Below, piece by piece: positions 24,330 through 36,000 of a stretch of DNA of 57,610 bases. The notes below the pieces were generated by a model. That model searched no databases. It saw only the letters and a program-made list of their open reading frames with translations, and was not told the DNA's origin. The position numbers were made by a program, and so were the translations under genes. The DNA comes from Nemertoderma westbladi (lineage: Eukaryota; Animalia; Xenacoelomorpha), in contig JAUCBJ010008763.1 of the NCBI GenBank assembly GCA_032718475.1, forward strand, positions 1 to 57,610. The letters run 5' to 3'. Within the stretch, counting starts at the first letter, position 1; each line of letters begins with the position of its first letter.

Positions 24330-25922
24330 GCTGAAAGCGAATTTTCTATATCTCAGCGGCCAAAAAGGCCGCTGAAAGCGAATTTTCTATATCTCGGCGG
24401 CTAAAAAGGCCGCTAAAAGCGAATTTTCTATATCTCGGCGGCTAAAAAGGCCGCTGAAAGCGAATTTTATATGTCTCGGCGGCTAAAAAGGCCGCTGAAA
24501 GCGAATTTTATATGTCTCGGCGGCTAAAAAGGCCGCTGAAAGCGAATTTTATATGTCTCGGCGGCTAAAAAGGCCGCTAAAAGCGAATTTTCTATATCTC
24601 GGCGGCTAAAAAGGCCGCTCAAAGCGAATTTTATATGTCTCGGCGGCTAAAAAGGCCGCTGAAAGCGAATTTTATATGTCTCGGCGGCTAAAAAGGCCGC
24701 TGAAAGCGAATTTTCTATATCTCAGCGGCCAAAAAGGCCGCTGAAAGCGAATTTTCTATATCTCGGCGGCTAAAAAGGCCGCTAAAAGCGAATTTTCTAT
24801 ATCTCGGCGGCTAAAAAGGCCGCTGAAAGCGAATTTTATATGTCTCAGCGGCTAAAAAGGCCGCTGAAAGCGAATTTTATATGTCTCGGCGGCTAAAAAG
24901 GCCGCTGAAAGCGAATTTTATATGTCTCGGCGGCTAAAAAGGCCGCTGAAAGCGAATTTTCTATATCTCAGCGGCTAAAAAGGCCGCTGAAAGCGAATTT
25001 TCTATATCTCGGCGGCTAAAAAGGCAGTTGAAAGCGAATTTTCTATATCTCGGCGGCTAAAAAGGCAGTTGAAAGCGAATTTTCTATATCTCGGCGGCTA
25101 AAAAGGCAGTTGAAAGCGAATTTTCTATATCTCGGCGGATAAAAAGGCCGCTGAAAGCGAATTTTCTATATCTCGGCGGCTAAAAAGGCCGCTGAAAGCG
25201 AATTTTCTATATCTCGGCGGCTAAAAAGGCAGTTGAAAGCGAATTTTCTATATCTCGGCGGCTAAAAAGGCAGTTGAAAGCGAATTTTCTATATCTCGCC
25301 GGCTAAAAAGGCCGCTGAAAGCGAATTTTATATGTCTCGGCAGCTAAAAAGGCCGCTGAAAGCGAATTTTATATGTCTCGGCGGCTAAAAATGCCGCTGA
25401 AAGCGAATTTTATATGTCTCGGCGGCTAAAAATGCCGCTGAAAGCGAATTTTATATGTCTCGGCGGCTAAAAAGGCCGCTGAAAGCGAATTTTCTATATC
25501 TTGGCGGCTAAAAAGGCCGCTGAAAGCGAATTTTCTATATCTCGGCGGCTAAAAAGGCAGTTGAAAGCGAATTTTCTATATCTCGGCGGCTAAAAAGGCA
25601 GTTGAAAGCGAATTTTCTATATCTCGGCGGCTAAAAAGGCAGTTGAAAGCGAATTTTCTATATCTCGGCGGCTAAAAAGGCCGCTGAAAGCGAATTTTCT
25701 ATATCTCGGCGGCTAAAAAGGCCGCTGAAAGCTAATTTTCTATATCTCGGCGGCTAAAAAGGCAGTTGAAAGCGAATTTTCTATATCTCGGCGGCTAAAA
25801 AGGCAGTTGAAAGCGAATTTTCTATATCTCGGCGGCTAAAAAGGCAGTTGAAAGCGAATTTTCTATATCTCGGCGGCTAAAAAGGCAGTTGAAAGCGAAT
25901 TTTGTACGTCTCGGCGGCTAAA
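24330..25922. repeat. 41-bp satellite array, about 39 copies
   Basis: Unit GCTGAAAGCGAATTTTCTATATCTCGGCGGCTAAAAAGGCC, with no spacers. Confidence 0.97.
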
Positions 25923-26755
25923 ATTTTTTATCTCTTGGATGGACGAATGACAATTTGTTTGCTAAAGAGAGATTTTAGAAAGTCCAATTTTTGTCAGAAC
26001 CATATTTGTTAACTCACAAACATACAGTACCTGACCAAACAAAATCAATTAGTTTTCATTTAATTCCATTTAATTTAATTTAATTCAAAGCGAAATATAA
26101 ATCATATGACAGCCAAGACTTTACTAACATATCTGTAGTGGAGATTGCCTTGTTTACAGATTTCGCCCACTCTTTGTTCTCATTGTATTGTGTTATCACA
26201 CCGTATTTCCAGCTTCAGTCAGTCAATTATTATCACTCTGTAATATTATTGGTTCCCAATTGGCTATCGCACATCTATACGTAGCTAGGAGACATACATA
26301 TTTTTGTGGTGGTTAGTTCCAAGTGTTAGTTTTTAGTGCAGTTACTGTTTTCCAGTTTACTGTTCAGATTACATTTCACGTATTTATCACACATTATGTT
26401 TCTTTACTTTATCGTTATGGTGACCACTGACCACTCATGGTTCACCATAATGGCACTGGTTCGATATGGGTAGGCCTACCGAGTTTTTTTTTATATTTGT
26501 AACTATATTACTGTTCTAGAACACACTGTATACACTATACACTGTATTGGTACCCCCTTTATATCTTTATTTATTTGGTTAGGTTTGGGTTACAGTGATT
26601 AGGTTATGTTGATTGGGTTACGGTGATTTGGCTAAGTTGAACAAGTTGGCCGGGGGGACGCGCTTCGTGCGTACTCGCTTCTCTCGCCCGGCCAATTAGG
26701 GGTAGGGTAAGATTTTGGTTAGGGTTAGAGTTCAACTCGCCCATTTACCAAATGT

Positions 26756-27899
26756 TGTAAAGGCTTTTGCGTAATTAGCCGGTTATTTTACCCGTAAAGT
26801 ACTCTGTAGTTGGTTTAACAGGCATAAAAGGCCGTGTCCTTGCTGTACTGGTGTTTTAGAGGACATAAAAGCCATTTCTTCTGTATGTGTACTTTAGCGG
26901 ACATAATCCGCAGTTTTATGACGCAATGCGCCAAATCCTCTGTAAACAGTGTGGCTGCCATGGCGACGGCTAACAGCTGATATTGCCACATAGAACATCT
27001 CTTTGTTCTTTGTTCTCTCTTTGTTCGGTCGACCAATCAGAGCGTTTTTTTGCCTCTGTGTTGGAGATTTTATATAGAAACTAGGGAAGTGAGTCAGTAT
27101 GTGATTTTTGTCCACAGCCTACAACACCGGCGTGGAACCTCCGTGTTTCAGTCTTTAGTTCAATATTAGTAGGCTTAATTATAGAACGTATATCCGTTAT
27201 CATACTTAACTAACCATTCATACCTTAAACTTTGTACTGCTATTTACTGTCGGTTATTCATTATATTTGTTGATGGAATATTATATTCGGAATACTGATA
27301 AACAATCAGACACCCCAATCTTCTTGATATACTAAAGGTTAGAGAGACCGGATACATATAACGATTGCGACTTACATTAAGTGGTTTGAAGTGAATCTAA
27401 TGCTATTTTATAGGCCCTACACGTATTGTCTGTTGTTCTCCTTATATGTGACTAAAATTAGTGAAGGTCGGCAGATTAGTGTGCAGCATTGTGCAGTATT
27501 GTGTATGATTGTGATTGATAACGAAGCATCTCCTAAAGAATGCGCCATATACGTGAATCTATAGCCATCCCGTTGTGTATAGTTTAAGTCATAACTCTGT
27601 TTATATATTTAAAGCGCCACGTCCTAAAGGAACTGTTAATATTTCCCGAAAGTGAATAATATTTGTCAGAGATTATATATATTACGATCAGTCGAATAAT
27701 ACAGTAGGCCTACCCCGCAATACGGTTAGGCTTCCGAATCCAGTCTCCTGGGTATATCCAGCGGGTGAATGATCGCGCATAGACTGGATTCGGATAATGT
27801 AGTGTATGAAATACTTGTTATAGGCTAAAGACTATTTATCATCTAAAAAGACATCCAAATTTGGCAGGTTAAACTGCTAAAGTTCTGAAAGCGCGAACA
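26756..27899 (+). repeat. 5' LTR of BEL element 1
   Basis: TGTAAAGG...GCGCGAACA; about 10 substitutions versus 45903-47046 counted by eye. Confidence 0.96.
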
Positions 27900-27920
27900 A
27901 TAATGGATATACCTTCTGTA
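27900..27920 (+). promoter_or_regulatory. Non-tRNA primer-binding site candidate, complementary to 27180-27200
   Basis: ATAATGGATATACCTTCTGTA pairs with TATAGAACGTATATCCGTTAT (2 G-U pairs, 1 mismatch). The pairing covaries in element 2. Confidence 0.65.
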
Positions 27921-28180
27921 TTGCAGTAGGCAATAAAGCTGAAGTACCGGCAACCGGTACCCAGTAGGCCTGACTACCTAACCACCCGGACCGGTACCTA
28001 CAGCAGTACAGGTACAGCAGTATTATTCGATTTTGATAATTATATACCGGTAGGCCTTAATAATTAATCAGGGACGGCCGCCCTGGTTTTTTATTGAGAT
28101 TTTACTTATTTCTGTCAAGTTTTATTTATTTGTAGGCTAATATTGAGCAGAAGGTGTGTAAGCCTGCTCAGATTGTACAG

Positions 28181-28755
28181 ACAATTTGTAGGCTAGACTG
28201 TTGTCTGACTGTTGTTAAGTCTGAACGGATTGCAGTGTGTGTAGAGCATCTGTCCGATAAAGTGCTAGTTAGGAACGTAGGGGCTTCAAGTGCTGTGAGG
28301 TAAACCCCCTTTGAAAGAATAAGTCGTACTACTAGGTTAGAACGCATACTAACTAATCATTTCGGAGTCTGCATATACTGTAGTTTATTTAGGCTTGATA
28401 GTAGTCTGCCAGCGTTCGGTCTGTACTTTGTTTGTGTAGTCTATACAGGTAGCGTATAATTATTATTTAGATAATTTGTAGGCTGGATAGTTGTCTGGCT
28501 GTTGTTAGGTCTGAGGAAATTTCGGTGTGTGTAGAGTGTATGTCCGATAAAGTGCCAGTTGGGAACGTAGGGGCTTCCAGTGCTGTGTGGTAAACCCCCT
28601 CTGAAAGAATAAGTCGTACTACTAGGTTAGAACGCATACTAACTAACCATTTCGGAGTCTGCATATACCGTAGTTTGTTTAGGCTTGATAGTAGTCTGTC
28701 AGTATTTGGTCTGCATCTTGTTTGAGTAGTCTGTACGCGTAGCGTAATATTTATT
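28181..28755 (+). repeat. ~290-bp tandem duplication in the BEL 5' leader
   Basis: Two diverged copies starting near 28181 and 28471; single copy in element 2 (~54195-54475). Confidence 0.85.
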
Positions 28756-30080
28756 ATTCAGAGTTTATGCGATTATTCGCAACATTCATTCCCCAAGTTT
28801 ATTCCTACAGTAATTGTGCTTGTTATACATACCGTTATAGTTAAACTAACCCCGGTACTACATCAGGGCTGCTCGGCGTAGGTAAAGACTGGAGATTTTG
28901 TGCTTCGGTCACTCCGGCAGATACCGTGGTTCTTTTAGCTGTTCAAGTATTTTAACTACTAATTATTTGTTGTATAAGTACTTGTACCTAATTTAGGGTT
29001 TAGTGTACAGTGCTTTCCGAAGGCAATTAGTGTGTAGGCAGTATATTTGTGTTGTAAAGTGGTTAATAGGCACGTTGGTTCTGGTAGACCGCGGTAATTA
29101 ACTTCTAGGTAGGAACACTCCGTGATACATAACGTAGTACTTATAGCGATACGGCTATAAGTCGTCAGACGGTGGTATTTTTCTATCTGGACAACGCAGT
29201 ATATTTACTACTACTTATTATTTTCAAATACTGTAGTACTCTGTCCGTTGTAATAACCAGATTTCTAACCCTTTGTTAGGCTGGTTAGTAGACTTCTTGT
29301 AAAATTACCCTAAAAAATTCGTACTTGTAAATTTTTGTGTTTATTTAGAGATTGTAATCTCACCCCGAATTGTACGTAATTTGTAGTATTAAGTAACTTA
29401 GGTAAATTAGAATTATTTGTTTTAGTGTCCAACAAGTAGCACTTCACTGAGAGCGCACAGCTTCTGTGTAGTGACTCCCCCAGAAATAATAACATTTATT
29501 TCAAATATTGACAAAACCCATTAAACGGGTATATATATATTATAAATCAACTCAAAGATTTATAAATAGTAGGCCTGCCATACAACAATTAGGTCTAAAT
29601 ATCAGTTGGACTACTGCTTAAATAACGGTAATAAAGTAAGTTAAAGTAACCAAGTAACCCCTGAAATTTCAGAAATTCAGTTATTCTAAAATAACTGACA
29701 TACCGGTATTTACAATAGGCTTATTATATTTATTTCTATAAATTTTAGGCTGAAATTATACCGGTATTCTGTAATTAATTCTAGTTAATAATTATACTTA
29801 TATATACTATAAGTGTAAGCTGCATACCGGTATTCACGATAGGCCTATTATATATTTATATATATTTGTGCTGAAATTACCTACCGGTATTCTGTGACAA
29901 ACCTAGTCTGTAATAATACTTATATACTATAAGCATACCGGTATTCTAATATATTATATATATATCACGCTACACTGAGTAGCAGTATCGGTAATTAATT
30001 ACTAGGCTAACAGTGATACTGAATTACTAGACTTGCTTAAACTGTAATAGAGCAGTAGGCATTGAACTGTACAAACAAAC

Positions 30081-33000
30081 ATGTCTGACACTAAGCAAAA
30101 CCTGTCGGACAGCCTCCTAGATACAACCATCTGTGACCCAGACAGGAGTGTGGAACGTGAGAGACCGAAGTTCAATTCACCTCCTACTGTAAGAAAGATC
30201 ATCCCTCCAGTAGTAATATCAGACCCTAGGCTGGTCCAACACCGTAGGTCTATCATAGGCACTCGAGCTCAGGTCAAGCGGGACCAAGAAGCAGCGGAAC
30301 CGCAACAACCCGCGAGCCAAGAACTTATTTCTCAACGGCCCGACAGCTCCAGTAGTGCGGATACTGTAGAGCTGACACCCGAGCACGGAGCAAAGATGAC
30401 AGATGCGGTTTATTCGGACCCCCTTCTCATCCTTCCTGCAGCCGTACTCACTAGGTTATTGATTGTGGTGGAAGAACACCAGATCGATTGGGCGAGAAAT
30501 AAGCGATCGACTAAAGATAGTTATGCGGGATACACAAGGGAAGAACTGAAGTCTATTGTCGAGTCGCAATGGAACTTCCCCGGACCCGGACTCCCGTTTG
30601 ATTTATCAGAAGCTGCCTGGGAAGACATACACAGGATGGGAGTAACCAAGGAAACCATCGATCCAGCTGTGTGGAAGAGGTCCGCAGCCGGATACGCACA
30701 GGGATTCTTCAGCTCTATGGAGCGATTAAAAGAACAACTGTTTCAACAACCCCAAGGACCTCAAGAGCAGGGACAGCTGCTTTATCAAGTTAGAGAAAGA
30801 ATTCTATGAATCAGGCTAATCTTATCGGCCTTTGAGGAGGCTTCTAAAAGAAGACAAGACACGTCGTTGCAAGTTGCCGTAAAGACTTGGTTTCAACGGG
30901 TGAGTCTCCAGGTTCAAGGAACGGCTCAGTGGAAAGTTCAACTAGATGAGCGCTCAACCCATGGAGAATCAACAGACGCTACTTTTTCCCAAGTGGAAAG
31001 TGAAGCGACGGCAGAGAAACCGCATAAGAGGGATGCCATTGACATCTATCTGTCAGACTATCAACGTTTTTTAGGTGATGAAGAGTTGAGGAGAAGGCTA
31101 GATGGACTTAGCCCTAATAGTGAAGGAACCCAGCGTGTGTTGGACGCCATCGATGTGGATATGAGAGCTGCGAACCAAGCTAAATTTGATGAACAACTCC
31201 GCATCACTAGAGTCCAAGAAGAACAAGTGAAGAAAAAACGTATAGAAGACAGAAAGGCAGCAGCAGTGGCAGCAGCAGTGGCAGCTGCAGAAGCAGAAAG
31301 AAAAGCGGCAGTGGCAGCGGCAGAGGCAGAAGCGGAAAGAAAAGTGGCAGCGGCAGCGGCCGAAGCGGAAAGAAAGGCGGCAGTGACAGCGGCAGAGGCA
31401 GTAGCAGAAGCAGAACGGAGAGCTTCTGAAGAAACCACCCAATTAGAATTGGAAAACATTCAGGAGAATCAAGACTGCATAAATAAACAGTTAACAGCTA
31501 GTAATATGCAGATGATGAGTCGATCTACTCCCAAAAGACAGGGATATACATCATCTGAGGAAGGCGATACCACCGATACTGAAGGCAGAGGAAATAGATC
31601 TCGTCTAAGCAGACGTAGAAGAACATCCCACCGTCAGAAATTGCCTGATCTGCCCCCAGCTGTTAGAAGGCAACTAAATAACACAAACTTAGGTAGTATA
31701 GAACCCACAGACCAAATAATTAACATAGAAAGACTCCCTACTATAGTAGATGAGCCTGAAATAATTAGGCCTGTTCTCGAAGCAACTCCTTCGGTGATAG
31801 AGACACCTGTACTCCCTGAACCTACCTCTAAATTCCCTCTGCACAGCACAAAGCTACCTGTGCCCCACAGAATCACCCCTGAAATTGTTCATGTCCTGGA
31901 CTCCAAGCGAAATATTCATGACTTGTCGCCCATTGTCCCTCGTCCGCCCGCTACAACGTTGGCGCCTCCCGCTTCGGCGGTCGAGTGGGTGGATGAGAGA
32001 CGATGGGGGATGGATCTCCTGCTCGGGCAGATGCAGGAGACCGTTCAGCAATTCAAGGGCACAGTAAGGGAAAGTAGGTTAGAGTTGCAAGAAGTGCAGC
32101 AAAGTATCGCGTTAGAACGCGATAAATTAGTAAATACACAAAGGGGTATACCACCAACCCCGGTAACAATGTGTCAACCTGTTAGGTCTGAAGTATTTCA
32201 TGCGCAAGGTGTGGTGCCTACACGCATATATACTGCTAGCGAAGTGGAAACTCCTATAGTGAACCCTATTAAGGTTAATTATAGACCTGTTGATAATGAT
32301 ATTCCCTATAGACCTGATCATAATCCGAGAAATTTATATACCGATAACTCGATAGTAAATAACACGATGGCCCAAGAAAGTTTTACGCGTCAAATGGCTA
32401 GAACCGAAGCACGTCAAGCGGTAAAGGTGGGAGAGATAGTCAAGTTCAATGGAGATGAGATGAAATGGTTACCTTTTAATGAATATTACAAAGATAACAT
32501 ACAGAACTCTGTGCTATCTAATGGAGAGAAACTTAGATTCCTCATCGAGTGCTTGGAAGGATCTCCCAAGTTAATGGCGTTAAAGTTTATTGGACATCCA
32601 GACGGATTAAGACAAGTTTGGGATACACTAAACATCAGGTATGGTAATAGGAATAACATAGCTGGGTATTTGTATGCAAAGTTGGTAGCGCCCCGAAAGT
32701 TTATTAGCAGCGGGATTATAGAGTTTTCCGATGAGATTCAGGAGATCTGCAGACAATTAGATTGGCTAGGTAAGTCTCATGAGTATCAGAGTGCTATGGT
32801 TATTAGAGCAGTGGCTTCTACTTTACCGAAGGGTGGAGTAGGTACACGCTGGGACAAGAAAGTGTTATATATGATGGAACAACAACAACGAGACCCTACC
32901 ATGGCTGATCTCATGTCATTCTTGGATGGCGAAGTGAAATTACAGCTCATAAAGCAGTCCAGAGAGAAGACACCGGAAAACAAGGTAAGTGAGAAACACG

Positions 33001-36000
33001 TCTCTAGGAGAAAGGTGACACCAGTGTGTTATACAGACGACAGCGAAAGCCAGACTTCTCAAGGAGAGGATAGCGGGAAAGACACTGAAAGATCTTATTA
33101 TGTCAATAAAACGCCTAAAGAACAGGTAAATAAATTCAAGTCTCAAACCAATGACAGGAGAGAACAGGTAAGAAAAACTCCTCCTACGTCTCCCAAGAGA
33201 ATTCAGGTGAGAAAGCCCGAAGAAAGAACGAGTGTGCACACTGTTATTCAAAATAAGGTAAGTAACATCAAACCGAAATGTGCGCTATGTGACGGGACCC
33301 ACCGTTTGAATATGTGTGATGAATTCCTGAAGAAATCATTAGCGGAGAGACGGGAAGTCATGTGGGATAAGCGGTTGTGTTATAATTGCCTCAGACAAGG
33401 ACACCAACGGCGAACCTGTTACTCTGACACAAGGTGTGCAAAGTGCGGTGCAAAACATCATATCTTGTTGCACACTGAATTTGAGCGAAACAGCCAGAGT
33501 CAGGTAAGTGATTCCGAACTACATGTCCAATTCAGTGATGTGAACGACACTGACCAAAGTTCTGAGATGGAAGGATTCTATACAGATGAATTCTCCGACG
33601 AAGGTGAATCCTGTTACATGATAAATACCGCAGTGTATCGAGCACTTACATATGAAAAAGACACAGACAGCGACCTCACCCTAACTACTTCTGATCGACA
33701 ACCATCTTGGAAAGCGCCACCTTCCAATGTAGGAATCCGAGAATTTCCTGTAGTACAGGTAAGGGTCCACGGACCTAAAAGGAGTTATGTAGTGAACGCC
33801 CTCCTTGACTCCGGTAGTACAGGAACATTCATCGATAAAGAACTAGACGAAGACATCTTTGCTGGACAACCCAAGTTCCGAACTAAGCTAAACATGTCAG
33901 GAATTATGCAGGTTTGGAAATCTACAGTAATAGCGGATTATTATGTAGGTGCGTTGTCCACCCCCCAGGATGAACTAGGAGAACATAGTATAAGGTCAGT
34001 AAAAATGGTAGCAATAAAGAACTTCGCTACCACCCAAGTGGAACCTTATAACTGGGATGAGGACGATTTCACCCAGCAGCTAGAAATACCTAGATTCAAC
34101 ACCGATTACCCTGGAGTGCAAATACTCATCGGTCAAAACGCGCATGAAGCGCTCGAGACATTGGAGAAACGGCCCGCTCAACCGCAACCACTACAAGCTT
34201 ATGCGGGAAGAACTAGAGTGGGTTGGTACTTTACTGGCCCTTCCCGTAGAACTCTCATGGAAAGATTACGGAAAGACCAGGTATGTCAAGTGAGAGAATG
34301 GGAAGTCGAGGGCAGTGAGTTAGATGATCTAACTGAGGGAACACCATACTCCTCAGATAATGACGATGTCCACCAACTTTTCGATGAGGAGAATACCATC
34401 GATCTCCTTAAGGAAAACGAGACTTGGCAAAACCAAGTGAACTTATGTCAGCTCCTTCTTCCATCAGAACGAGACGACTATAACGAAGAACTTAATGACG
34501 TCATTGAACGATATAATGCCAAGACTCGGGATGAACATGCCGTACGATTCTTTACTCAAGAGGCTGTAGAGCCCAATTCCTACGATAAGGCCCTATCGGT
34601 AGAGGAAGAAAGAGCCAAGCAGATCCAAGAGACAACTACACGTTTTCTTAAAGATCAAGGTAGATATGAGATCGGTCTACCTTTCCGAAAGCGAGAACCA
34701 AAGTTCGTAAACAACAGACCCTTGGCGGAGAAAAGAATTGCTCAACTACATTGACGCCTTACGGCAAATTCTTTAGCTAAAGAAATGTATCAAACGCAGT
34801 TGAAGAAATTTATTAGCAAGGGATATGCGGAGCTAGTACCGGAAGAAACACCTATAACTGAGAGAACGTATTATTTAACTCACCATTATGTTCCCAAACC
34901 CGGTAAACCCCATGAAGTATGAGTGGTGTTTGACGGCTCCGCCCTCTATATGGGCCAATCCCTTAATTCTGAATTGTTACCCAGACCCAACTTACTCCAA
35001 TCCTTGTTGGGAATACTCTTAAGATTAAGACAATATTCAATTGCTTTCGCCTCAGATATAGAAGGCATGTTCTTACAAGTCAAGGCGCCTGATAGGGATC
35101 GAGACAGCCTACGATTTCTGTGGTGGCCTGAAGGAGACCTCAACCAGAAACCGGTGGAGTACTGGATGACCATCCAGGCTTTTGGGATAATCTCGAGCCC
35201 TTCAAATGCCTGTTCCGTGGTGCGCACCACTGCGGATGACAACCGAGACGCCTTCTCTAAAGAGATGATTGACAACATCAAGCGAGATATATACATGGAC
35301 GACAATCTAAAGTCCCTTCCATCAGTCGAAGAAGCCATTGATGTCGCTAAAGGAACGGTAGAGTGCTTAAAAAGAGGTGGATTTCGATTAACTAAATTCA
35401 CCAGCAACTCCCGTGAGTTTCTGGAGTCGATCCCGGTAGAAGATCGAGGAGCGAAAGACCTGGATCTAATAAAAGATGATCTCCCAGAAACTAAGACCCT
35501 TGGTTTGAAATGGGACACCGAAAGAGATATCCTGTTTTTCCAACTAAAACAGCGAGATAATCCAGTTCGGACTAAACGGATTTGTTTAAGTATCCTGAGC
35601 ACTTATTTCGATCCATTGGGATTTATTAGCCCAGTTATATTGATTGCTCGGAGTTTAGTACAACAAATGTGGCTTGAAAACCACTCATGGGACGATCCAC
35701 TTAAGGGAGAATTATTAAAGAAGTGGATGAAATGGGAAGATTCTCTACCAGCCATCGAGAACTTTATAATTTCCCGTTCATATTTTGGTCATGTTCTCCC
35801 TACGTATTCCTATCAACTCCATGTGTTTGGAGACGCCAGCGATATGGGAATAGGTATAGTAGCCTACCTAAGGGTGGAAACTCCGGATGGAATCAAAGTC
35901 GCCTTGGTTACTTCTAAGGCATTGATAAACAATAAGTTGAAAGTTCCTCGAGCGGAGTTAAAAGCGGCTCTATACGCTACAGCCATCGGCCGGAATGTAA

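Larger units (their letters stand above)
13887..26106 (+). repeat. Tandem segmental duplication, copy 1
   Basis: 13887-15162 matches 26130-26755 plus 47047-47701, and 23450-26106 matches 48186-52024 (near-identical by eye). Confidence 0.92.

Noticed and set aside
24330-25922. CRISPR-like array (also 49037-51838)
   Set aside because: Units are contiguous with no unique spacers, there are no cas genes, and the context is eukaryotic. The 41-bp period with stops also argues against coding.
26815-27115. 73-aa ORFs repeated at 45962-46262
   Set aside because: They repeat only because they lie in the LTRs and are not conserved in element 2.
27290-27660. Hammerhead, group I/II intron or IGR-IRES consensus in the LTR
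   Set aside because: Only partial look-alikes (CTGATAA, GAAA loop). No complete catalytic core is recognisable by eye, so it was left as an unclassified structure.
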